Shown: one piece after another, positions 54,065 to 64,000 of the stretch | How the letters are laid out: every line of letters starts with the position of its first letter | Numbering within the stretch: position 1 is the first letter of the stretch | Position numbers and translations under genes: made by a program | NCBI RefSeq assembly: GCF_006345805.1 | Contig: NC_043011.1 | Coordinates: 12,722,464 to 12,786,463 of the forward strand | Length of the DNA: 64,000 nt | Direction: 5' to 3' | DNA from: Octopus sinensis | Taxonomy: Eukaryota | The notes under the pieces: generated by a model | What the model was told of the DNA's origin: nothing | Database searches by the model: none | What the model saw: only the letters and a program-made list of their open reading frames with translations

Positions 54065-54612
54065 TCTTTCCAACTACTGATTCATCGAAACGGTATTTCT
54101 TTGACTCCTGTGCAGGTGGCAAGTAAAGAAACACCGTTTCGACCCTGTGCTTGATGAGACCTATTGAGTCAAGTACATCAACATCAAAAATCAACAGAAA
54201 TTGTAGTTGTGATCCCTGTGCTGGTGGCACGTAAAAAGCACCATCTGAACGTAGCCGATGCCAGCGCCACCTTGACTGGCTTCTGTGCCGGTGGCACATA
54301 AAAAGCACCATCCGAACGTGGCCAATGCCAGCGCCACCTTGACTGGCTTCTGTGCCAGTGGCACGTAAAAAGCACCAATCCGATCGTGGCCGTTGCCAGC
54401 TCGCCTGGCACCTGTGCCGGTGGCATGTAAAAAGCACCCACTACACTCACGGAGTGGTTGGCGTTAGGAAGGACATCCAACTGTAGAAACACTGCCAGAT
54501 CAGACTGGAGCCTGATGCAGCCTTCTGGCTTCCCAGATCCCCGGTCGAACTGTCCAACCCATGCTAGCATGGAAAACGGACGTTAAATGATGATGATGAT
54601 GATGATGATGAT
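54065..54612 (+). mobile_element. RTE 3' UTR (family D) with ~59-bp internal repeats
   Basis: Repeated ggcacgtaaaaagcaccatccgaacgtggccgatgccagc units; (GAT)n tail. Confidence 0.85.
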
Positions 54613-54930
54613 TCATTTCCCACTCTCTCTCCTAAATGTTAGTAGTTACAGCTCTTCTGTAGAGGAGCTACATGGGTACAAGAACCTGCTCTGCCCCATC
54701 CCCTTGTCTTATACATAACCCTCATCTTCTAGCATAAAGCTCCTCCTGTCGGATTTTGTATGCTGCATGCTGCATGGCAACCTGATTGGTGCTAGGCACA
54801 TGAGAAAAGCACCCACTGCACACTGTAAAGTAGTATTAGGAAGGACATTCAGCCATAGAAACTTATGCCAAAGCAGACACTGGAGCACAATGCCATCCTA
54901 AGACCAACTGGGTCCTGTCAAACTCATACT

Positions 54931-55370
54931 GGATCTTTTCGGTTTGAACGGCAGTTTTTAACATAATTTCTAGGTAACTAAAAAATGTTTAACTTCGTAT
55001 ACTGGTAGAATGTGTTTATAAAACATCTTTTCCTCTTGGCTTTATTGAGAAAATTCTATGGTTTGTAAGATATTTGTTGTTTTTTTTTTCTTAAATTTCT
55101 GCAATTTCAACCAATCACTGACGTCTATTGAGGTAAAAAAACATTCTGTGCCGTATGAATATGTCCCTCGTTTAAGAAACAGATTGGGTTTATTTACATT
55201 TGTGAAGAAAAAAAATACCCTTCCCCCACCCCTAACCCTAACCTTAACCCTAACTAACCCTAACCCTAAACCAGATTGAAATGCAATAGATTGATACTAG
55301 GGTCATAATTATGGGTGACAATTTCATATGACACCGCTAGAAAAAACTGCCATTCAAACCTAAAAGATCC
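54931..55370 (-). mobile_element. Telomeric-repeat MITE, copy 4
   Basis: TIRs; degenerate TSD ctcatact/ctcacacc; about six CCCTAA-type units at 55230-55270. Confidence 0.9.
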
Positions 55371-55737
55371 CTCACACCAAATGATGATGATCAACCATTT
55401 CATTATATTTGTCTTGACTGCCTTTGTTTCAATTAATGTCTAAAATGATAACGAATTTAGTAAAATAACTTTTGTCTGCTCCTTGGATTATGAATCAACA
55501 TGAATTCTTGATGGAAAGATTTTGGATTTCATTCCTTTTAAACAGGAAGTTTGCATTATCAAGAGCAGTCTCAGTGAAGTTAGTACGGAAAGGGTTAAAA
55601 GGTATCTGTACAATCTAAAATCAATAAAATTTACATTAATCTCAGTTTATAACAACTGTTTAGTAATTAAAAACTTACATTTAATGTAATTTTTAATTAA
55701 TCATTCATTTATTATTATTATTATTATTATTATTATA

Positions 55738-55960
55738 AAGGCGGTGAGCTGGCAGAATTGTTAGCATGCCAGGCAAAATGCATAGCAGTATTTCGCTTCT
55801 CTTTATGCTCTGAGTTCGAAATCTGTCAAAGTCAACCTTGCCTTTCATCCTTTTGGAGTCGATAAAAAAGGTACCAGTAGAATACCGAGATCTGTGTTAT
55901 CGACTTACTCCCTCCTCTAAACTTTCTGGCTGTGTGCCAAAATTTGAAACTAGGTGGTTC
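55738..55960 (+). mobile_element. SINE family C variant
   Basis: aaaggcggtgagctggcagaa... after (ATT)n. Confidence 0.8.
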
Positions 55961-56177
55961 CCCATTATGGTCATAGTCCAATCCTGAATAAGACAAGTAA
56001 AAACATAAAAGAACCGAAGAATACACCCAACCCATCCACATCTGCTTGCTTCTGGTCCTTGATCAAATCTGATGACTTTCTTATTCATTTGTAGATCCTT
56101 TGATGTGTTTGCAAGACAATGCTTGACATACAGCTTCAGTTGCTGATGGGACATGTAAATGTTTGAGAGTGAAAACA

Positions 56178-56460
56178 CATGGCTTGGTGGTTAGGGTATT
56201 CAGCTTATAATCGTAAGGTTGAGTTTGATTCCTAGTATTGCATTGTGTCCTTGAGCAAGACACTTTATTTTATGCTGCTCCAGTCCACTCAGCTGGCATT
56301 AAATGAGTTGTACCTGTATTTCAAAGGGCTGGCCTTGTGATATTCTGTGTCCTGCTGAATCTCTCTGACAACTCTGTTAAGGGTACATGTCTGTGGAATG
56401 CACATCAATTTCACAATCGTTGATCAGCTCAACTGGAACCCTCATCATTAACCGAGAGAG
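56178..56460 (+). mobile_element. Old tRNA-headed SINE with a gtgtccttgagcaagacac core (Meta/CORE-like)
   Basis: catggcttggtggttaggg...gagtttgattcc...tgtgtccttgagcaagacacttt. Confidence 0.65.
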
Positions 56461-57114
56461 GTCAAATGTAATTCTGTGTATCAAGACCTATTTTTGATTC
56501 TCTTCATGATGCTGAAAGCATTTCTTCTACACATTTTCAATCCTTCCACTATCAAAGAGACCATAAAACTGAGCAACAAATAGCAATGCCTTCTATTCTT
56601 GAAGAAGGGGTGATGACGCTCTTCACCAAAATGGTCATCAGTTGGTCTCTGAACTAGTTTTTCAGTTCTTCAGCCAGAGTGCTGACCATGATGTAGCTGT
56701 GCATAAAGGATTCTATAGAGAAGATACAAGTCAGACATGTACACTCCATGTGAGCTATCTCAGCTGATGCCATACAGCACACGTTGCTGGTTTTTGACTT
56801 GATGGAGAATTATCCTACATTGTCACATAATTTAAAGGACAAACATACATCCTTACTAATATATACATATATACACACTCACATATACATACATCTTGAT
56901 TCATTCCTTATTCAAAAATAATGATTTCTTTTTGCATAGCAACAAGATAAAGAAAGAATTCCCTTTTGCTATTATGAAATCACATTTACATAACTTGAAA
57001 TTTCACACCTTTACCAAAGAAACCATAGCAACTATATTTACTTCAATCTGAATTTAACACCTCTGTTTGTTACTGAAATCTCTTCAAAGAATCATATTTA
57101 TCATTTCCACACGC

Positions 57115-57298
57115 AAGAGTGGTTGTGTGGTAAGTAGCTTGCTTACCAACCACATGGTTCCAGGTTCAGTCCCACTGCGTGGCATCTTGGGCAAGTGTCT
57201 TCTGCTATAGCCTCGGGGCGACCAAAGCCTTGTGAGTGGATTTGGTAGACAGAAACTGAAAGAAGCCTGTCGTATATATATATATATATTATATATAT

Positions 57299-57329
<31 letters not shown>

Positions 57330-57575
57330 GTGTGTATGTGTGTGTGTGTGTGTGTGTGTGTTTGTCCCCCACCAACATTGCTTGACAACCGATGCTGGTG
57401 TGTTTATGTCCCCGTCACTTAGCGGTTCGGCAAAAGAGACCGATAGAATAAGTACTGGGCTTACAAAGAATAAGTCCCGGGGTCGATTTGTTCAACTAAA
57501 GGCGGTGCTCCAGCATGGCCGCAGTCAAATGACTGAAACAAGTAAAAGAGTAAAAGAGTAAATAAAAGAGTAAGA
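57115..57575 (+). mobile_element. SINE family A, full length
   Basis: Head, linker and tail. Confidence 0.9.
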
Positions 57576-58001
57576 CAAAAACTTCTTGTATAAACAACTC
57601 ACATTTCTGCTTTATTCAGTCCTTCACTCATAGTTTCAAGAGAAAGAGACTCACCACAATCTCATCATAGTTGGACACCAGTTCTATATCCTATTTATTC
57701 CTGTTCAGTGGTAAACTTCATATTTTATATGGAACAAATTAATAATATTCAATCTTTGGCTAATCACAATATTACCTTGACTGCCAGTTTGTTTGTAGTT
57801 ATAAACTATGATGGGGGGGGGGGGTTCAGCAATTTTTTCAGACACTTGAGAAATTTTACTTCTAAGAAGTTTATTTCATGGAGCTACTTAACAGTAGTTA
57901 AGCACATGCTTGTGAACTTTGAATTGACTGAAAGTAAGTTGCTTGTTTCAGTGTTTAATCTACTGCGAGCACTTTATGCATGTTTTGATATAAATTATGT
58001 G

Positions 58002-58382
58002 ACAGGAGTGGCTGTGTGGTAAGTAGCTTGCTTACCAACCACATGGTTCTGGGTTCAGTCCCATTGCGTGGCACCTTGGGAAAGTGTCTTCTACTATAGC
58101 CTCAGGCTGACCAAAGCCTTGTGAGTGGATTTGGTAGACGGAAACTGAAAGAAGCCCATCGTATATATATATATGTGTGTGTGTGTGTCTGTGTTTGTCC
58201 CCCCAACATTGCTTGACAACCGATGCTGGTGTGTTTACGTCCCCGTCACTTAGCAGTTCGGCATGAAAGACCAATAGAATAAGTACTAGGCTTACAAAGA
58301 ATAAGTCCTTGGGTCGATTTGTTTGACTAAAGGCAGTGTTCCAGCATGGCCTCATTCAAATGATAAACAAATTAAAAGAAAA
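58002..58382 (+). mobile_element. SINE family A
   Basis: Head, short linker and tail. Confidence 0.9.
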
Positions 58383-59029
58383 AAAAAATTATGTTTTGGA
58401 TATAAGAGAATGCTTACTTTAGCATTTGGACAATCCCTTCAAACATCTTAATGCAAATCTTTTAATGCAAAGGCAGTATGCAGTAGTCCAACATGTACTA
58501 TCCTTCAATAAACCTTTCTTTACTTGAAAAAAGTTATTTTTCTATATGAAAATGCATTGAAATAAAATAGTTTCTTTAGTTTTAAGAGAGAGAAGATGGC
58601 CTAAGGCCGAGAAAAATAGATGCTGATTTGCAAATTTCAATATCTACAGCAGAATATCTGTTAAAGAATGACTGTAAAAGGATGACTATAACCAGAAGGA
58701 AAAAAGAGGAAGGAAAAAGTTACAGGGGAAGAGAACATAAAGGCAAATGAAGATGACTATGTCCCTTGTACTGAAGTTGGAGAAAAGGTAATTGTATGGA
58801 AGGTGAAAGAGAAATGTGAGATAAAAATAACTTAACAACTGAGCAACCATTTTAACTATGATTGCTATAATAGAATCGGTTGTAAAGACTTAAGCTGCAT
58901 CAGTATTAAAATATTTGCTGTCATTTTGTTACTTGATGCATTCAGTCGGTAAATAAATCTTAAAACTGTTAACTATTCTAACTAAAATAGTTCTTACAAA
59001 ATACTTTTGTGATCTAAATTTGTTTCATT

Positions 59030-59240
59030 GAGACATTGCATCCTTTAAAATCTCCATGTTTCCTGAAATTCACCAACACTACACCTGATATCTCCACCTC
59101 CATATGCATGCACACATGTATATAATGACCCGTACACTGTTCACTTTTGTACATAATTCTATGGACTGTACATGCACCTTTGACAAGTTGTAGTGCACCT
59201 GAGCACTATACACAATAATTTCATTATTATTACTTATTAT
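59030..59240 (+). mobile_element. CR1 3' UTR fragment (same family as 47720-48147)
   Basis: caccaacactacacctgat...gtagtgcacctgagcactatacacaataatttcattattatt. Confidence 0.75.
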
Positions 59241-59249
59241 ATTTGAACA

Positions 59250-59865
59250 GTTCAAAGAACACAGAGAGAAATTGGATACAAGAATGGAAAGGCCAAAAGG
59301 AAAATTCATTTAAGCAAAAAAAAAAAGAAGAAGGCAAGGTTAGACAGTGCAAAATTATGGTTAACTACTTGTGTTGATTTCACAGAAGTAATTTTTACTG
59401 ATAAGAAGTGATTTAAGTTCAATTGACCCAGTGGCTGGTGCTTTTGGTCAAGGAAAGGTGAACAGTGATACTGAACAGAAGGAAGTTGGGTAGAGGTAGA
59501 ATAATGGTTTGGACATGATGTTTCGAAGTTGATATTTTTGGTTAGAGCAGCTGAAAGGAAAGCAGAACAGCGTAAATTATGTCCAGCTGATGCAAATGAC
59601 AGCCTTACCCTGTATTAGAGAAGAAGAAATAAGAATTAATTTTATCCACCAACAGAATAATTGCAGCATCCATGTATCAAAAACAGTCAAAGAATAGATG
59701 TAAGACATGAAAATAAGTCTATTGGAATACCTGGTGAGAAGTCCAGGCTTGAACTTAATTGAAAATATATGGGAAATGTTGACACAGCTTGAGTATGATG
59801 GACCAAAAGTGACAAATGAGGCAGAATTATGGAAATGGATTTTAGGAACCAAAAGAAAACTGACA
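59250..59865 (+). mobile_element. Tc1/Tc3-like transposase relic
   Basis: KKARLDSAK...VIFTDKK*FKF..PSGW; GRGRIMVW; KGKQNSVNY; FIHQQNNCSIH; RSPGLNLIENIWEML (DDE region, decayed). Confidence 0.8.
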
Positions 59866-60289
59866 GAAACGAAAACAGATGTTAAAAGTTAACATGTTAA
59901 AGGCGGTGCCCCAGCATGGCCACAGCTCGTGAGCTGAAACTAGATGAAACGAAAAATGAAATGAAAATGTTTGTCCAATACAATGAACAAATAGTGCAAA
60001 TGACTGAAAAGTAAGGACTACTGAAGCCGAGTGGCACCGTCCAAAAAATATCGATGCTGAATTTTAATAAAATTCTCATAAAATACTACTTAAATTGTTG
60101 TATTTCGGAATGGTCATTTTGCCAGTTTAGCCAATAAAAACACACGCACTATATATTTGGTGTTACTTTGCTTCAGCGTTATTTATTTTTTACATTAATC
60201 TTAATCTTATTTCGGCCAGAGTTCTTTCGTCACACTCCTGTGACCGCATCAGTGGTCAGGTATACGCATGCGCAAATGAAGACACATAC

Positions 60290-60545
60290 AATCATCATCA
60301 TCATCGTTTAGCATCAACTTTCCATGCTGGCATGGGTTGGACGGTTCAACTGGGGTCTGGGAAACCAGAAGGCTGCACCAGGCCCAGTCTGATCTGGCAA
60401 TGTTTCTACGGCTGGATGCCCTTCCTAACACCAACCACTCCATGAGTGTAGTGGGTGCTTTTTACGTGCCACCGGCACGGAGGCCAGACGAGGCTGGCAA
60501 ACGGCCACAGTCAGATGGTGCTTTTTACATGCCACCGGCACAGTA
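60290..60545 (-). mobile_element. RTE 3' UTR (family D)
   Basis: (cat)n-cgtttagcatcaactttccatgctggcatggg... Confidence 0.85.
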
Positions 60546-60614
60546 GAAATACAGAATACAAAATGGCTGACCGTTAGTAAGGAGAGACACACAAATAAGA
60601 AAGAAGAAAGCAAA

Positions 60615-60659
60615 GGACCACTGATGCGGTCACAGGAGTGTGACGAAAGAACTCTGGCC
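60615..60659 (+). ncRNA. Hammerhead-like motif with a variant core (its core and stems II/III are mirrored on the minus strand in the left arm)
   Basis: GGACCA-CTGATGC-G-GTCAC(AGGAGT)GTGAC-GAAA-G(AA)C-TC-TGGCC. Confidence 0.4.
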
Positions 60660-61187
60660 GAAATAAGATTAAGATTAATGTAAAAAATAACACTGAAGCA
60701 AAATAACACCAAATATATAGTGCGTGTGTTTTTATTGGCTAAACTGGCAAAATGACCATTCCTAAATACAACAATATCTGTTTCAACACACAATTTCACA
60801 TCAAAAATCTTGCAAAACAAATATATAAATGTAACTACTCAAATTGTAACATAAACACTCAGAAAGTGCAATCACAACAGGAATATTATGCACATGTCTG
60901 CATCGTTTTACTTTAAAAAGTGTGTTTATGCCTAAGTGTTTATAAGCACTGCAACTCAGGTGTCCAAACAAATGTGTCAACTCCCTGTTCGTGTGCTGCA
61001 GAATTTTCTTAACTTTAATCTTTCAATACTATTAAAGTCTTAATGTTTTCAGTCTCTGAGATAAAGTCATTGTATCAATAACACAAATGTGGAATTAATT
61101 TAAATCTTTATCAACGCTATTGTAAACATTATCTCTCCATATAACAGTTGAAGTATAAGCATTACTAGAATTTACTAAAGAGATGGG

Positions 61188-61198
<11 letters not shown>

Positions 61199-61279
<81 letters not shown>

Positions 61280-61290
61280 GTGTGTGTGCA
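61199..61290. repeat. (TG)n microsatellite
   Basis: About 38 uninterrupted TG units. Confidence 0.95.
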
Positions 61291-62406
61291 TGTATGTGTG
61301 TATATGCATACACATGCAGGATATGTTGTATGCCTCCTAGATGAAAACAGTGTAACACCTACAACACTTGATTTTTCAAAAGATCCAAAATATTTCTTTT
61401 GTTGAAATCAAACTATTGTATTTCATATTTTGTAAAAAAATTTTCTTTAACGATACCCAGACTACAAGTTAATACTTCTCTTATTGTGGGTTAGAAAGTT
61501 TTTTGTTTCCAATTTTTAAAGCAATGCAAATTTTAATCTGCAACATCTTTCCTAAACTGCAGCTAAAGGTTCTTATTATAGTTTTTTTTTTTATAAACTA
61601 CCATAAATGTTGATTTGAATTTGGCCCAAAGACTATTCAGACCAAAACACAGTCCTCATTTCATAATTGAAGGGAAACAACTTAATTTGGAATTAGAAAA
61701 AAAAGAAAAACTGAATAAAAACAGAAAACAGAAAAAGCCAAGAGCATTTTCATGTTGTGTAAATGAAAGAATCTGTTGTTTTATCATAAAACTCTACAAA
61801 ATTTATTCCATGTATCTTGATGTCAGGAAATGGCTATACTGCGATGTTTTAAAGCGTATTGGTTATATAAAGTCTTTCAATACATATAGGCTATATAAAT
61901 AAAACATCTTCAACAGCAAGTTTCAGTATATTTTTAGATTACAGCTTTTTAATTTCATTTCCTTTAACAGGTATTTCTGGTTTCGTAAAATTGTCTGCTT
62001 GCGGGGGTGTGTTTAGATTGTGATGTGGTTTCCAGTTTACGAGTTCAGGTATTCTTGTTAGATGTGTATTATGTATACTCACATTTAATATACAATATGA
62101 ATTTTAAATGCACCAGAAAATCTTTCAATTTAGTGGCAGATGTTTTCACCTTTTATCTGTGCATGTATCAAGTGCACCACTATGATATCCAAAGGTACTT
62201 GTCTGGAAAGCAGACTGCAATGACAGTCATTTAAGTCTTTTGAAACAGTGGAACAAATAAGGTGAACATTTTCTCTTCTCAGAGACACATTGATACAGAA
62301 AATTTGATGGTAAAAAGATGAAGGTCATATGACAGAGCAATAAAGAGAAAGAGCGAGAAAAATTGAAAAAGAATTAAATACAAAAATATAAAATAAACTT
62401 GGATTA

Positions 62407-62944
62407 TCTCTATATATATATAAACGGCAAAATGTCTCTGTGTGTGTCCTTTATACAAATCCACAATTTTTCAGTTAGAGGGCTCACACTTTCTATGGTC
62501 ATTCAAAACCGTCCAAGGACCAAAAGTGACAAGTGAAGCAGAATTATGGAAATGGATTTTAGGAGCCAAAAGAAGACTGGTAGAAATGAAAACAGGTGTT
62601 AAAAGTTAACATGTTAATGGCGGTGCCCCAGCATGGCCACAGCTCGTGAGCTGAAACTAGATGAAATGAAAAATGAAATGAAAATGTTTGTCCAATACAA
62701 TGAACAAATAGTGCCCAGTCACTCCGCAAAGACATTAAAAAAAATCAATAGAAGTGACTTTTTTGTGAATTTTCTATCCAAAACCCAATCAAAATGCCCA
62801 AAACTTGATATGCCAATTGAATGCCAGCTAGCTGTATGTGATTGGTCAGAGATTTGGACAGTACTTGCGTGTATGTGCGCACGCACGCAGCTGTATATGC
62901 ATGCACTAGCACTATGACCCGGCGTTGCTGGGTCATAGTGCAAG
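62407..62944 (+). mobile_element. Non-autonomous Helitron containing a 198-bp copy of 59800-59997
   Basis: A|TCTCTATATATATATAAA ... 18-bp-arm hairpin 62905-62945 ... CAAG|T (CTAG decayed). Confidence 0.75.
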
Positions 62945-63059
62945 TAATTTTTTTAAATGTTTGTATGAAACAAAGAGAAAGAGAGAGAGTCTGTGTGTGT
63001 GTGTGTGTGTTTGTCTATGAATGCATACATGTACATTCACTAAGGATAGATGAATGACT

Positions 63060-63240
63060 TTTAAAGTCTTACCAGTTCTATCCGCAAGCTGAAAGTTAAC
63101 AAATTCAAGGAGAAATTTTGTCATGCAGGTTGTTGTACACCAGGGCTCAGTTCTGAGTCTACTTCTGTTTATTATAATCCTCCAGGTCATAACAGAGAAA
63201 TTAAAAACAGGCTATCCTTGGGAACTCTTGTGTATCAAAG
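63060..63240 (+). mobile_element. RTE RT fragment
   Basis: VVHQGSVLSLLLFIIILQVITEKLKTGYPWELL. Confidence 0.8.
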
Positions 63241-63465
63241 ACCTACTTCTTATAGTTTAATTAGAGACAGATTCCCAACTTGGAAGCAAAACCTAAAGTT
63301 GAGTTGCCTCAAAACTATCCACTGCCTTTGGTCGAAAATTTCGACCACAGGATTTATCGTTTGTAAGCCTCGTACTTATTCTATCACTGTCTTTTGCTGA
63401 ACACTGCTAGGTTAGGGGAACGTCAACACAGCAACATTAGTTGTCAAGCAATGGTGGGGGTATGA

Positions 63466-63496
<31 letters not shown>

Positions 63497-64000
63497 CACA
63501 CACACATATATACACATATATACAACAGTCTTCTTTCTACACACATATATATGTACATGTACACATATATATGAACGCACACACATATATACATATACAC
63601 ACACACATATATATGCACATATATAAATAAATATACACATTTATACATTTATACATTAATATATACATATATATATATACACACATGTATACACATATAT
63701 ATATATATAATGGTATAAATATATACACATATATATAGAGTCCAACAAATTATATTTATGTGTATCCTTCAAATGCCTTCACTTTGGCGCGCTGAGATCG
63801 GAAATCTATTATTTTTAACACTTTGGTTGGTGCTGAGTTTTTATTTGAGAACACATTCTTCGTGGAAAATAGCGATTTTGACGTCTATATCTAGCATGTT
63901 GACCGTCCACTTTTAGTGGTCAGTCCTTTAAATTTTGTATGTAAAAATATTTTAATCTTCGGATTTTTTTAATATGCTAGGCCACTGGTTTTAATTGAGT

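Larger units (their letters stand above)
60094..60775. repeat. ~160-bp inverted repeat pair (60094-60257 / 60616-60775), Penelope pLTR-like, with an RTE tail in the spacer
   Basis: Arms are near-perfect reverse complements (one 4-nt indel, a few substitutions). Confidence 0.9.

Noticed and set aside
56460-56830. Possible further Tc1/mariner relic on the minus strand
   Set aside because: The similarity to transposase motifs is too weak to call by eye.
61971-62048. Plus-strand exon-like segment with a strong acceptor (ttcctttaacag) and a CAG|GTATTC donor
   Set aside because: All three frames contain stops and there are no partner exons. It could only be a non-coding exon, which cannot be supported without RNA data.
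62150-62214. Minus-strand 65-nt open segment with a CAG acceptor and a phase-2 AG|GTGAAA donor (possible further PDE4 5' exon)
   Set aside because: The donor is weak, the peptide (SAFQTSTFGYHSGALDTCTDK) has no recognisable motif, and such segments arise by chance.

Overview
This is AT-rich eukaryotic, mostly non-coding DNA. Its SINE, LINE and microsatellite content and TTAGGG-type repeats resemble an octopus (coleoid cephalopod) genome; that assignment is an inference. Nearly all ORFs in the supplied track are microsatellite or repeat artefacts. The one host coding feature I can support is a 92-nt minus-strand exon (23307-23398) encoding MAQPKMPLRTAMLSVPGNESLSARRRHSWI(C) and ending at a phase-2 GTAAGT donor. 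It matches the RRHSWIC|FDVxNG isoform-specific first exon of vertebrate PDE4D3/PDE4B4, so the window is probably intronic/upstream sequence of a PDE4 (dunce) gene whose common exons lie left of position 1. The rest is a layered transposon record: three or more tRNA-headed SINE families; RTE, BovB-like, CR1, R4/Dong-like and Hero-like LINE relics; Penelope-like relics with minimal hammerhead-ribozyme motifs; mariner and Tc1 relics; four copies of an 8-bp-TSD MITE carrying telomeric repeats; and two non-autonomous Helitrons, one holding a copy of nearby DNA. A degenerate tRNA-Glu(CTC) is co-inserted with a SINE inside a LINE relic. Family names are assigned from remembered motifs, not database searches, and most element boundaries are approximate (about +/-20 bp) unless TSDs are given.
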